A DNA stretch of 64,000 nucleotides from Octopus vulgaris (GCA_951406725.2 OX597822.1:105400001-105464000); one strand, 5' to 3'. Counted from the stretch's first letter, positions 43,415 through 56,760 are shown. A program made the numbers and translations. Notes: a model not told the origin generated them from the letters alone.

Positions 43415-44930
43415 GGTGGTGTTGGTAGTAGTTGTAATAGTAGTGGCGGTGGTGGTGGTCGTCGTCGTAGTAGTAGTGGTGGTGGTGGTGGTGGTGGTGG
43501 TGGTGGTAGTAGTTGTAATAGTAGTGGCGGTGGTGGTGGTCGTCTTAGTAGTAATAGTGGTGGTGGTGGTGGTGGTGGTGGTGGTGTTGGTAGTAGTTGT
43601 AATAGTAGTGGCGGTGGTGGTGGTCGTCTTAGTAGTAATAGTGGTGGTGGTGGTGGTGGTGGTGGTGGTGTTGGTAGTAGTTGTAATAGTAGTGGCGGTG
43701 GTGGTGGTCGTCTTAGTAGTAATAGTGGTGGTGGTGGTGGTGTTGGTAGTAGTTGTAATAGTAGTGGCGGTGGTGGTGGTGGTCGTCTTAGTAGTAATAG
43801 TGGTGGTGGTGGTGGTGGTGGTGGTGGTGTTGGTAGTAGTTGTAATAGTAGTGGCGGTGGTGGTGGTCGTCGTCGTAGTAGTAGTGGTGGTGGTGGTGGT
43901 GGTGGTGGTGGTGGTAGTAGTTGTAATAGTAGTGGCGGTGGTGGTGGTCGTCTTAGTAGTAATAGTGGTGGTGGTGGTGGTGGTGGTGGTGGTGTTGGTA
44001 GTAGTTGTAATAGTAGTGGCGGTGGTGGTGGTCGTCTTAGTAGTAATAGTGGTGGTGGTGGTGGTGTTGGTAGTAGTTGTAATAGTAGTGGCGGTGGTGG
44101 TGGTCGTCTTAGTAGTAATAGTGGTGGTGGTGGTGGTGGTGGTGGTGGTGTTGGTAGTAGTTGTAATAGTAGTGGCGGTGGTGGTGGTCGTCTTAGTAGT
44201 AATAGTGGTGGTGGTGGTGGTGTTGGTAGTAGTTGTAATAGTAGTGGCGGTGGTGGTGGTCGTCTTAGTAGTAATAGTGGTGGTGGTGGTGGTGGTGGTG
44301 GTGGTGTTGGTAGTAGTTGTAATAGTAGTGGCGGTGGTGGTGGTCGTCTTAGTAGTAATAGTGGTGGTGGTGGTGGTGTTGGTAGTAGTTGTAATAGTAG
44401 TGGCGGTGGTGGTGGTCGTCTTAGTAGTAATAGTGGTGGTGGTGGTGGTGTTGGTAGTAGTTGTAATAGTAGTGGCGGTGGTGGTGGTCGTCTTAGTAGT
44501 AATAGTGGTGGTGGTGGTGGTGGTGGTGGTGGTGTTGGTAGTAGTTGTAATAGTAGTGGCGGTGGTGGTGGTCGTCTTAGTAGTAATAGTGGTGGTGGTG
44601 GTGGTGTTGGTAGTAGTTGTAATAGTAGTGGCGGTGGTGGTGGTCGTCTTAGTAGTAATAGTGGTGGTGGTGGTGGTGTTGGTAGTAGTTGTAATAGTAG
44701 TGGCGGTGGTGGTGGTCGTCTTAGTAGTAATAGTGGTGGTGGTGGTGGTGGTGGTGGTGGTGTTGGTAGTAGTTGTAATAGTAGTGGCGGTGGTGGTGGT
44801 CGTCTTAGTAGTAATAGTGGTGGTGGTGGTGGTGTTGGTAGTAGTTGTAATAGTAGTGGCGGTGGTGGTGGTCGTCTTAGTAGTAATAGTGGTGGTGGTG
44901 GTGGTGGTGGTAGTAGTAGTAGTAGTAGTC
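43400..44930. repeat. Minisatellite, about 19 units of 72/84 bp built from GGT/AGT triplets
   Basis: Unit gttggtagtagttgtaatagtagtggcggtggtggtggtcgtcttagtagtaatagt(ggt)5 or (ggt)9. Confidence 0.95.
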
Positions 44931-45004
44931 TGCAGAGTTATTGTCAAGTTATGATAGTTCCAGGCATCATTTTTAGCCAAAGTTCCCATTAAAAGCGACA
45001 AAAA

Positions 45005-45280
45005 CGATCATGTATTTGTGAGTTCGATTCCCGAACAGGGCTGCGTGTTGTGTTCTGCTCCAGTTAACCAAGCTGTAAAAAATGAGTTGTGACATCACTG
45101 GTGCCAACCTGTATCGGCCCCTTTGCTTTTCCCTTGGATAACATCGATGACGTGGAGAAGGGGGGGCGGTATGCATGGGCGACTGCTGGCCTTCCATAAA
45201 CAACCTAGCTCGGACTTGTGCCTTGGAGGGTAACTTTCTAGGTGCAATCCCATGGTCATTCATGACCGAAGGGGGTCGGG
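45005..45280 (+). mobile_element. SINE with truncated tRNA-like head and a third tail type
   Basis: gagttcgattccc B-box; body tgctccagttaaccaagctg similar to 23687-23708; tail gcaatcccatggtcattcatgaccgaaggggg. Confidence 0.65.
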
Positions 45281-45779
45281 TCTCTTCCTAGAATACATTC
45301 ACCCGACCAACAACAGTTCAGTGGGATCGAACGCGGACACTCGTAGTTGCGAATCGAGCTTCTGAGTGACACACTCATCCCTATGATTTGCGATCTTTTT
45401 CAGAGGAAACTTAGTCTATTCGTTATTAACACATTCCCTGATAAAAGATAATGGAAAGAGAAGGCAATGTTATTTGGCGGTGACAGCGACGTGTTTCGCA
45501 ATTTATTCTGTCATTTAATTAGACACCGTAAAGTATTTCTCTTCTCTAATGCAGAAAACTGCATTGTAGTTTTGCCATCGCCCTCTTCACTGCGATGATG
45601 ACTACGTCTACGTTTTTAATAATAGGGTACCCCCTAAAGGTATCAATTAGGGAACTACTAATCTCAACAAGTCTACACCACAACACGGAGAATCGAACAA
45701 ACAACATCAACATGAACAACAACGAAATCAACAATGAAATTGATAATTAAAACACTAAGAGTATCAATAATAATAATAA

Positions 45780-45842
<63 letters not shown>

Positions 45843-45844
<2 letters not shown>

Positions 45845-46235
45845 GGTGGTTAGCTGGCAGAAACGTTAGCACAACGGGCGAAAATCTTAGTGGTATTTCG
45901 TCTGCCGCTACGTTCTGAGTTCAAAATCCGCCGAGGTCGACTTTGCCTTTCATCCTTTCGAGGTCGATTAAATAAGTACCAGTTACGCACTGGGATCGAT
46001 ATAATCGACTTAATCCGTTTGTCAGTCCTTGTTTGTCCTCTCTGTGTTTAGCCCCTTGTGGGCAGTAAAGAAATAGTTATTTAGCAAGTCTTCATGTTCT
46101 GAGTTCGACTTTATTTTTCATCATTTTGGAGGCGATAAATTAACAATCAGCCAAGTACTAGGGTCAATGAAATCGAGTATCCCCCTCCCCACAAATTCCA
46201 GGCCTTGTGCCTATAGTAGAAAGGATTACTATTAT
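45843..46235 (+). mobile_element. Group-C monomer followed by an old C' segment
   Basis: C at 45843-46078; C' tail ccaggccttgtgcctatagtagaaaggatt. Confidence 0.85.
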
Positions 46236-46261
46236 TATTATCATCATCATCATCATCATCA

Positions 46262-46775
46262 TTATTCAGTGAGAGAGCAGTGCAGGGCAAAGTGACACTG
46301 TAGTATGAAGCCCAATATATCCATCATCACTACCTCTCTGATAAGGGTATACATGGCACATGCATCACAACCATATATGCGCAACATGATGATTTCATAT
46401 CGAGATAAACAGCACATGACCTTGCAGGTGGGGCCCAGTTAGAATTTTCTTCTGGTCGAATAGCCCATTCTGCTCCTAAAAGGGTTGTTTAAGAATGTTG
46501 AACGAAATACCCATGTTTCAAGAGGTGAATTATTCAAACCCTAAAGAATTTCCCTCAACAACATGGTTATGGAGCACCCCTACTACCTCTGCTCGTGATC
46601 AGAGATGGACATATCGTCAGCCACCAAGGGACATGCTTAATTGGTTAAGGTGTAACAATTGACAAGCAAATATGTAGAAAATTTGCTGTAGCCCATCATT
46701 TATACCAAGACAAAATATGTCCATGATGACGCTTCCAATCAGTTAAAATCAGTAACCATGAGTGTCAGTGTGTGG
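46262..46775 (-). mobile_element. R4/Dong-associated 3' segment ending in an (AAT/GAT)n tract
   Basis: Homologous to 49494-49940 and 8155-8432. Confidence 0.7.
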
Positions 46776-46789
46776 TTATTATTATCATC

Positions 46790-47165
46790 TTGAACAAAAT
46801 GCTTAGCGGAAATTCGTCTGCCGTTACGTTCTGAGTTCAAAATTCCGCCGAGGTCGACTTTGTCTTTCATCCTTTCGGGATCGATAAATTAAGTACCAGT
46901 TATGCACTGGGGTCGATGTAATCGGCTTAATCCGTTTGCCTGTCCTTGTTTGTCCTCTCTCTGTTTAGCCCCTTGTGGGTAGCAAAGAAATAGGTATTTC
47001 GTACGTCTATACGTTCTGAGTACAAGTTTCGCCGAGGTTGATTTTGACTTTCATCCTTTCTGCGTCGATCAAAATTAGTACCAGTTGCAAACTGGAGTCC
47101 ATTACATCGACTATCTACCTAACCCAAAATTTCAGGTCTTGTAATTATAGTAGAAAGGATTATTG
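46790..47165 (+). mobile_element. Group-C monomer fused to an old C' segment
   Basis: Junction aaagaaatagg|tatttcgt at about 46995. Confidence 0.85.
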
Positions 47166-47679
47166 GCAGCATTTTCAGTAGTGTGGTTGTTATAAATATT
47201 GATAATGCTGTTGCCGTATGTTTGAAACTGGCAGAGGTGTATATCGATTTGATAGATTGTAGCCTTTACTATAATTTGCCGTTTTGTAGTGATAAACAGT
47301 CATGCGTTAAATCAAGTTAATTAACCGCGCCTTTCTTTCTACACTACTCTGCTTCCCTCATATACATTTTAGGAGAATCAACTGTGATTAGACTGCGACA
47401 TTTCTACATACATATTGCAGATATCATCGTCTTTCTTCAGATGCGTATGTTTTACCCCGTCCCTTGTAAACTCAGATCCGTCTATCTATATAACAATGCA
47501 ACTGGCAGAACGTCAAGGGTTGCGTTCTATAAACCTTTCTTCGTAAATAACGCCTTGCCCTTGATGAAAATATCCTTTTTAAGCAGGACTTACAGCTGAG
47601 CGATTATAGACAACTTCAAAAGTTCTTTAGTTTCAAAGTGATATTTCGTTTAATCGATGAACTTAACCCATTTATATTT

Positions 47680-48255
47680 TATCTTTTATCCTTAACTTGT
47701 TGAATTTTAGTCGACTGAATCGACCCCAATTGGAATGGGTGCGTATAAGCTAAGACTGCGACATCTCTATGTACACACTGACAGGGTGCTGATATCATCG
47801 TCTTTTGTGGGATGGATATGTTTTATCTCTGTACTTGTAAACGCAGATAATTATTATTTTTTAAAGTCTGGTACTTACTTACTCCATCGGACTCTTTTGC
47901 AGAACCGCGAAGTTACGGAGACATAAACACATCAACATGTGATGGTGGAGGACAAACACAATTACAAACATACACACACAAACCCACACACATACACAGA
48001 CATGTACGCACACACACATACACACACATACACACACACACGAACACACACACACAAACACGCGCGCATGCACACACACATATATAAATCATTAAGGACA
48101 CAAATACAATCGCCACTAAAGTGACGAAGGGTGCACGTCAGTACCACTATTGCTAGAAATAAGAGCCAAAACGACTCTTAGCCACGGGCAGGCACTTATT
48201 TAGTGACTAACCCAAGGGAGACAATCTCCCTACAGCAAGTGAGATGGAGTGTATA

Positions 48256-48336
<81 letters not shown>

Positions 48337-48492
48337 GATGGCATCTTTTAGTTTCCTCTACCAAATCCATTCATACGGCTTTAGCCAGCCCGAGATTATA
48401 GAAGACAATTGCCCAAGGCACCACGCATTGGGACGGAACACGAATGCATGGTTGGAAAGCAAACTTCTTATCCCACAGCCACGCCAGCGCCT
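47680..48492 (-). mobile_element. Old fragmented group-A SINE sequences
   Basis: 3' parts at 47680-47990, 5' part at 48335-48492. Confidence 0.55.
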
Positions 48493-48869
48493 AAATTTGC
48501 TGAATCAAATTTTCCATTATATTTTCATATATATCATCATCCTATTTTGACATCATTGTGGAATGCCCTGGCCTGAGCAATCGTCTTTCACAACTGTTTC
48601 TTTGACCTTCAGTCAAGAGTTGATGGGAAGGTGTAGTGTCTATATTTGTGTCTTGTCCTGTGCGATTTATATTTTATTTCAGGTGAATTTAGCTCCAATT
48701 CGATCAGGTAGTTGCACATACACCTGTAAGCACAGCTGGATCGTATTTGATCAATGATAACACAGACACTGTCAATGGCGTTTCTGCATATTCGTTCAAG
48801 CGAATAAACGTAGCAGCAACACCCCCTCTCTCTCTCTCTCTCTTTCTCTTGCTCTCTCTTTTTCTCTCT

Positions 48870-48901
<32 letters not shown>

Positions 48902-49445
48902 CGGATAGCTAACTCTGTTTCCTAACCTTTTGGACTAACCACCTCTCGGTAAATTCATAATAACCATGACTAACTCATATTGAATTGCTGGACCGATGAA
49001 ACACGATATATAATATACATGAGTATATAGTGGAAAATCTGGTTCTGTTTGATCCAAAGGCTGTTATTGGCTGCCGCAGTCATGCCTGACCATAAATAGT
49101 AAATAGCAACAGCTACATCAACAATGGCCACTGCAAGTGGCGATTAGGTAGGTTGTAGACACCTAAACCTTAGTCCATTTCTACAGGATCGAATTAGTGA
49201 TTCAGTAGAATGTGAGATTCTTTGTATTATTCTCTGTATATCGCTGGAAACAGTTTAAAAGCAATTATTTCTACAACACCAATAAATACAGAAGCAGTAT
49301 CAATGACAATCTCTTATTCTCAGAGTTTTATGCATGTAGTATTATATATCAAATATATATAATATATACTATTATATATCATACAGAGTTTTAAACATAA
49401 AAACGTTATATAATAAATATGGTGTAGAACAGACTTTTTGAAAGA

Positions 49446-49493
<48 letters not shown>

Positions 49494-49494
<1 letters not shown>

Positions 49495-50113
49495 GAGTGA
49501 GAGAGTAATGCATGCCATCAAAATGGCATTCGGGGACAAATATACGAAGCCTGGTATAGCCATTACGATTACCCCTCTGATAAAGTCATACCAGGCACAT
49601 GCATCAAAATCATATGTGTACGATATGCTGATTTCATATCAAGGTAAACTGTACATGACCTTGCAGGTAGGGCTTCTTCAGGTTGAGTCCCTGAATAAGG
49701 TTTGTTTAAGGAAGATGAACGAAATACCCATTATTCCAGGGATGAATTATCGAAACTGCAAAGAATTTCTCTCAACACATAGCTATGATGCTCCCACACT
49801 ACTCCTGCACATGATCAGAGATGCACATATTGTCAGCTACGAAGGGACATGCTCAACTGGTTAAGGTGAAGCAACTGACAACCAAGTCTGCTGTCAGTTA
49901 AGATCAGAAGCCATGACAGACACTGATTGATACTGCATCAGGCCTTTTGTTTTATGCAAGTGTTCCACCCTTAGTGCAGCCCCTATTTGTTCCACGTACT
50001 TCGCATGATTTTTACTCCCTGTTCCCAAGGCTCTAACAATTATTAGTACTACTACCACCTTTTTCATCGACCACAACTGCTTAACCTCTCAAGCTAACCT
50101 GTCATATCTATCG
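49494..50113 (-). mobile_element. 5'-truncated R4/Dong-like retrotransposon (family 1): RLE C-terminus plus 3' segment and (AAT)n tail
   Basis: Minus strand DRYDRLA*EVKQLWSMKKVVVVLIIVRALGTGSKNHAKYVEQIGAALRVEHLHKT resembles the restriction-like endonuclease end; abuts (TTA)n at 49448-49494. Confidence 0.8.
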
Positions 50114-50139
50114 AATTATAATTAATATTATCATTATTA

Positions 50140-50385
50140 TTTTCCTTCTTTCTTCAAATTTTCCTCCGTTTCTCGCCGGGTGTTTTCTGTACACCTAGGG
50201 CAGAGAAGCTCATTGTATGCATTCCCAGATTACACACGCAAATTCACAGGTAAAATATGTATTTAAAAAAATTTATAAATAAATAAATTCATGAATGGAT
50301 GTTGTTTTCACACCGATAATGCCCTTCTCAGTACATGAGCCGTTCCAGTTAACCCGATTTTTTGCACTTCCTGTAGGGACGGTAA
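50140..50385 (-). mobile_element. 5'-truncated R4/Dong-like retrotransposon (family 2): last 25 codons plus 3' UTR
   Basis: 50385-50308 minus reads LPSLQEVQKIGLTGTAHVLRRALSV*; UTR ends gaagaaagaaggaaaAATAAT. Confidence 0.75.
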
Positions 50386-52734
50386 GGAGTAGTGTCTATA
50401 TAATAATAATAATAATTATTATTATTATTATTATTATTGTTGTTGTTGTTGTTGTTATGATAACTTTAATGTTTAGTCTCAGCTCATAGCTAGTCCTGGT
50501 TACATGGGATTCAAGAAGCTCCTGCAATGACTACCCTGTCTCTGTTTCAGAAACAACTACAAAGCTACTTCGACGCAATCTCAAAAACATAGATCCAAGC
50601 CAACGAAGGATCCTGACAACATAATAAGGGCAAATCTGGTCAATTTTTCTGCCCCAAATAACCGCTAAGACCACTCAAATCATGTTACTCAACATGACCT
50701 TCTTAAAACGGTAGAAAAATTTGGCTGTCATTTCTAGCAAGTCTATGTAGAGACTCTTTTATCTCGTCATGAGAATGTCACATCCTCGGGTGCGTGTTAT
50801 ATAAATCATTATAGATAGATATAAATGTTCATATACCGACGTATAACAAGACTTTCTTAATTGTCTTATTATTTGTCGGTAACGTTTGACAGACTCTATC
50901 TGAAAATTATATGTTAAATTGTAATAGCACTTAACATGGCAGTTTTACAGAATTTAATAACATAATGCATTCTGATGCTTTAACAATGTAATCCGTTCCA
51001 GAAATATACTTTACCGTTGAATTATTTCAGCATGATCGCATTTACAGGAGTATATTGAGTACGTCATTATAAACACAGAGGCATTATGATTTAAAGACAC
51101 TCAGAAATGACTGGGAAGCATTAATTTTAATAGCTTTTACAGCCATTCACATGATTTGATGGAGAGACATGCATACACATATGAAAAAGACGGAGAATGA
51201 TTTTAGACATATCAACCACGTTAATCTCATTGAACATTCAATATCGGATTTACCAATTTCTACATTTTAATTTCAAAGTCGGTGTCGGCATTGCCTTTCA
51301 TCTCTCCACAGTAAATAAACAGGCATTAATTTGGTGTCGAATCAATCGACTATACCCCATTACAAATGAATAGAGTTCTGTCAATTCACTAATCCACTTA
51401 GTCTTGTTTGAGACTAAAATTCGAAAACAAGATAATATTGCGAATAAGTGAAATTAAATAACTAACAGAGTAAAAGTTAATTCGAGAAACACTTTATTTT
51501 GATTAATTTTCAATGTATGCAAGAAAGTCACTAAGGGATTGCGTAATAGATTTTGTAATTAACTCATATACTGCCACATAACCACATATATGCAAAATGG
51601 GTATAGTCAATAAATAGACCCTAATATGTAGCTGGTATGAATTCTATTCATCATAGAATAATGAGATGCACATATTGTTTCAGACACGAATTGAACTCAC
51701 ATCAAAGTAGAAATAATTAAATATTTGTTTCAAATTATGGTACGAGGCCAGTAATTTTAGGAGACAGGGTAAGTCGATTAAATCGACCTCAGTGCTCAAT
51801 TGGTGCTTATTTTATCGAACCCGAAAGGATGACAGTCAAAGTTAACCTTAACGGTAATTGAACTGCGACCATAAAAACGGACGAGATTACGTTAACCATT
51901 TTGTCCAGTGTGCTAACGTTCCTGTCAGCTCGCAGCCTTGAACGATAAACATATCCTTTTTTTTTCAATACATTCTCCTAAATATTAACACAGCAAACTT
52001 GCAGAATTGTTAGCACATCGGGGCAAAATGGGTAACAGTTTTTCACCCGCCTTTACGTTCCGAGTTCAAATTTCGTCAAGATTAACTCTGTTATTTATCC
52101 GTTTGGGCTCGTTGCAATAAGAATCCCTTGAACACTGAGATCTATACGATAGAATTCCCCTCCCCAGAAATTGCTGGCCTGGTGCCCCAAAATTAAAACC
52201 AACTTGCTATTCAAACGATAGCAAATTATAAGTACACTTTATTTCAAGAGATTTTTATTACAATTTATACAGTAGTCGTTTTTTTAGTCCTTCAATGACT
52301 ATAATTTACATACTTTTCAACTCACCAAATGATAGGCACACCTCTTCTAGAAGAGCAAACGCGGTAACCTTTGTGTAGAGGCTCAGATTATTAAAAATAG
52401 CAGTCCATTTTGTCTAATATATGATCTTCAAAAGTGGAATGTCAACAAATAATATGTTCCAAGACTGGCTATGTTTAGAAACAGATGAAAATATTAGACA
52501 TAGGTCTGCTCAATCAGGGCCGATATTGTGATAAACAGTAACGCAGAGTAGATTTCGTGAAAGACACCAAAGAATTACTTGGATAACTCAGACAATAAAG
52601 CTTTTCACTTCCTGAAATTGAGACCGTGTCTAACAGAAAACGTCGAATTATAATTTTAGAACAATATTGTCCAAAATAAACGGTAAAGAAAAAAAACTAA
52701 TGAGAAAACATTCTTTCTTGTCTAGGCTAGGCTA

Positions 52735-52876
52735 GGCTCGAAATTTTGGTGGAGTGGGCCAGCCGTTCAGATCGACCCCAAATGGATGAAAGCAAAGTCG
52801 ACCTCGGCGGAATTTGAACTAAGAACGTAAAGCATTCCGCTCGGCGTACTAACGTTTCTGCCAGCTCGCCGCCTTA
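52735..52876 (-). mobile_element. Group-C/C' SINE, internally deleted
   Basis: aaagtcgacctcggcggaatttgaac..aacgtttctgccagctcgccgcctt. Confidence 0.75.
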
Positions 52877-53237
52877 CTCGTGAGAAAATATGAAACAACT
52901 ACGATGGGCACATGTACATCTATACATGTAAGAGTGCGTGTGAGTGAGTACATATGTAACCGTATGCATGTGTGAAGCCCCTCAGGCATGGTCGAGTTAA
53001 TGAGGAGGTAGTTGCAGGCATGAATAAGTAGGTCCAGGGATCGATTCCGTTGCCTACTAGCATGGACGAAAGTATTTAATTCATTTTCGGGTTGATAAAT
53101 AACTTGTAAATGAAATTCAGTAGAAAGCAGTTCTTTAGAAGCCTATCAAACTGGCCCTTCATGCAAAGAAGTGTACCGGCTTGGTCTCACACATTCTACG
53201 CGTCTCTCTGAGGATTATGTTAATAGTACAGTGTGTA

Positions 53238-53274
<37 letters not shown>

Positions 53275-53298
53275 AAGCGTGTGTGTACATGTGCTTGT

Positions 53299-53340
<42 letters not shown>

Positions 53341-53448
53341 ATAGTTTTAATGAAGGATTTTTCGTCCATCATTTCTTTCTCCATATCACTGCATTATTTG
53401 GTATTGAATATTTATCACGTATAGTGTTCCTAGGCAATTTAATAAACG

Positions 53449-53949
53449 TCGCAGGTGGACAGTCGAAATAAATAGACAAAATCCTTTCACTTTTATGATA
53501 AGAGTTAAAAAGTATGGAAGACCCTTCAAAGCAAAAACCTATGTCCATTTATGTCCTTTTACGCAGGAGCTCTGGCAAAATATTATGGTGCATGACCATC
53601 TTTCTATAGTTTGGTGAAAATCTGTTGAGAATTGTGGAAATGTATGCGTTCATTGTTTCTAGTCAATTTAATCACCTTCGCTGGTGGACAGTGGGAATAA
53701 TTAAATAGACAAAACCCTTTCACTTTTATCTTTAAAAATTAGAAACGTATGGAAGATACTACATGCAAAAACTATGTCCCTTTACGTCTATATTTAGGCG
53801 GTAGACCTGGGCAAAATGTTATAGTGCCTAACCATCCTCGGGATATAAGTAATGTGTGTGTAAAGTTAGGTGAAAATCGGTTGAAAATTGTGGAACTGTA
53901 TCCGTTAGTCATTGCATACATACATGCTGTGATTTATATATACTAGATG
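53449..53949. mobile_element. Diverged tandem ~230-bp units, possibly a Helitron-like remnant
   Basis: cgcaggtggacagt..aaatagacaaaa at 53449 and 53678; ends tttatatatactagat, similar to 38040-38055. Confidence 0.4.
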
Positions 53950-55176
53950 AATACCAACACATAATCTTTCATTTAGAATCTATATTGCCACGTAAATTGC
54001 TACTTTAGTTAAAGCTACTTTTGTTTATTTGTTGTTACACAGTTTGAGACATAAAATATTGTATGTTCACTAAATTGCCCAATGGAATCGAGCAATCGCT
54101 TGTAGCTATTTTCCCAACAAACCATTCCTATTAATTTGAATAAAAATATACAAGCTTTAAACTGAAGTAATTATCAAATAATGAGAAGATTTCAATATTA
54201 GAACTATTTCTGTTTCCTTTATATAGAAATTCCGTTGAGAGATTAGATATAATGCGACTAATTTTAACTTCCGCGATAGAGAATTTCTTCAGGGAGTGTC
54301 TACTACAAAACATTTGATTTACCTCTAATAACCCAAGCTTCACTTTTCAATAAAGACTGCCATTCACACATTCATAACTCTGCATGCATCTGTACGATTA
54401 TATTGCTTTCATTATGTCAAATTCATAGGTGTATCTGCATGTTTATTTCTGAATTGAGTAAAAAAAATGATTTAGATCATTAGGACGGAATTGAATTCTT
54501 TTATCGATTAAAGAAAAATCCTATACACATGCCTGGAGCATTGTGCATTTGATCTCTATTTACTGGACAACATATGATAGCCGATCAGAATTACACTGCG
54601 TGTGAGAAAAGTAACTTCTCATTTTCTGCGCCCACATAAAACAAGTCAATATCTCGCACAGCTAAAATAGATGGCCTAGTTTAATCAGTTTCATACTATG
54701 GAAGAGATAAATGTCTATTCAGTGATGCTTGCAAAGGTGAGTCATTTTTGAAGTTAAAGAAATGCAACAATGACACAAAGGTATTAATCAAATTTCAGGT
54801 TTGATCTTTCTGCCATTTAACTGACGACTGGTATTAGTGCGAACGACTTTGATATACAACTCTAATGGTAGACGCTGTAAAATGGCACGTTGCAGACACT
54901 GTCCGAATCACACACACACACACACACACACACACGAATATGTATATTCTCACATATAAGAACAAAGGCAAACGGATACAATTTACATCCACCCTAGCAT
55001 ATAAACACATAAGAATGAGCTACTGCGCACAAGGAAAGATATATAAGCATATGTATAAGTATGTATGTGTGTGTGCATATATGTATGTATATACATATGT
55101 ATATGTGTATGTATGTATGTCTAGGTATGTAGGTACGCACACACACACACGCTCACACACATATCTATCTATCTAT

Positions 55177-55230
<54 letters not shown>

Positions 55231-55254
55231 CTATTTATCTATCTATCTCTCTAT

Positions 55255-55288
<34 letters not shown>

Positions 55289-55452
55289 TTATCTATCTAT
55301 CTATCTCTCTATCTCTCTCTCTCTATCTATCTATCTACCTATCTATCTATATATATATATATATAAGTACATGACTGTATGTGTGTGTGCATGTATACAT
55401 ATACAGATAATTTGTCACAGGAAAGTTTTCCCAAGAATGTGTGTGTGTGTGA

Positions 55453-55505
<53 letters not shown>

Positions 55506-55765
55506 TCTGTTCATATATCCAAAATCAATCAAAATCAATACGGGTATCTCTTCTTCTCTTTGAACAGTCCTTTGTTCGGTCGATTCAGCCCAACTCATTA
55601 GCGAGAACATCGTAGAGGAAAAAAGACCGAATTCACAACACTGAATTCCTTTATGCACAAAGCGTCTGAGGATACATTTTGATACCAATTCATTGATTAT
55701 ACTAATTATGCTTTGCTTATACATAGACAATTCTTTCCTATTGCATCACATTATTTATGCTGAGG

Positions 55766-55834
<69 letters not shown>

Positions 55835-55990
55835 GTTATGAGAAGTAATGTTGTCAATAAGACCCAAAGGTGTCAGATAATGCTGAGTAAGCGCTATAGA
55901 CAGACTATAGTTAAGCTCCAGTTTCGGTGATTATGCGAATAAGGAGTCCAACGTAGGCCATATATCAACATGTGTATATCTATCTATCTA

Positions 55991-56032
<42 letters not shown>

Positions 56033-56035
<3 letters not shown>

Positions 56036-56252
56036 CTCTTTTACTCTTTTACTCTTTTGCTTGTTTCAGTCATTTGACTGCGGCCATGCTGGAGCACCGC
56101 CTTTAGTCGAGCAAATCGACCCCGGGATTTATTCTTTGTAAGCCCAGTACTTATTCTATCGGTCTCTTTTGCCGAAACGCTAAGTGACAGGGACGTAAAC
56201 ACACCAGCATCGGTTGTCAAGCAATGCTAGGGGGACAAACACAGACAAACAA

Positions 56253-56285
<33 letters not shown>

Positions 56286-56457
56286 CATATATACGACAGG
56301 CTTCTTTCAGTTTCCATCTACCAAATCCACTCACAAGGCATTGGTCGGCCCGGGGCTATAGTAGAAGACACTTGCCCAAGATGCCACGCAGTGGATTGAA
56401 CCCAGAACCATGTGGTTGGTTAGCAAGCTACTTACCACACAGCCACTCCTGCGCCTA
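56033..56457 (-). mobile_element. Group-A SINE, full length
   Basis: Head through (TACTCTTT)n tail. Confidence 0.92.
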
Positions 56458-56463
56458 TTAGAT

Positions 56464-56729
56464 ATATATGAAAGAAGGTTTGAAAATACAATTTTAAAAG
56501 ATGTTTACTTACTTGACCGGTTTCACTTTTTTTATTACAATACATATATGTATTGTAATATTTTGTGACAACCATTACCTAAAACAACAAATCTTTTACA
56601 TGTTACTTTTGACAATCTTTTTCTACAAAAATGTAACCGGTCAAGTAAATAAACATCTTTTAAAATCGCATTTTCAAACCTTCTTTCACATATAATTCTA
56701 CTCGTGCGGTACCTTACAACTTCACTTTG

Positions 56730-56730
<1 letters not shown>
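56464..56730. mobile_element. Inverted-repeat mini-element with a decayed hammerhead (56603-56648)
   Basis: IR 56464-56525 with 56632-56693; ttactt-TTGACAA..GTAAC-cg-GTC-aagtaa; the left arm retains GAAAC-cg-GTC on the minus strand. Confidence 0.65.

Positions 56731-56760
<30 letters not shown>

Noticed and set aside
45083-45115. gtgccaacctg in a SINE body matching the TSD at 23560
   Set aside because: An 11-bp match with diverging flanks; likely coincidence.
49493-49864. 123-aa plus-strand ORF
   Set aside because: Antisense to the R4/Dong-associated 3' segment; frame not preserved in the copies at 8155 and 46262.
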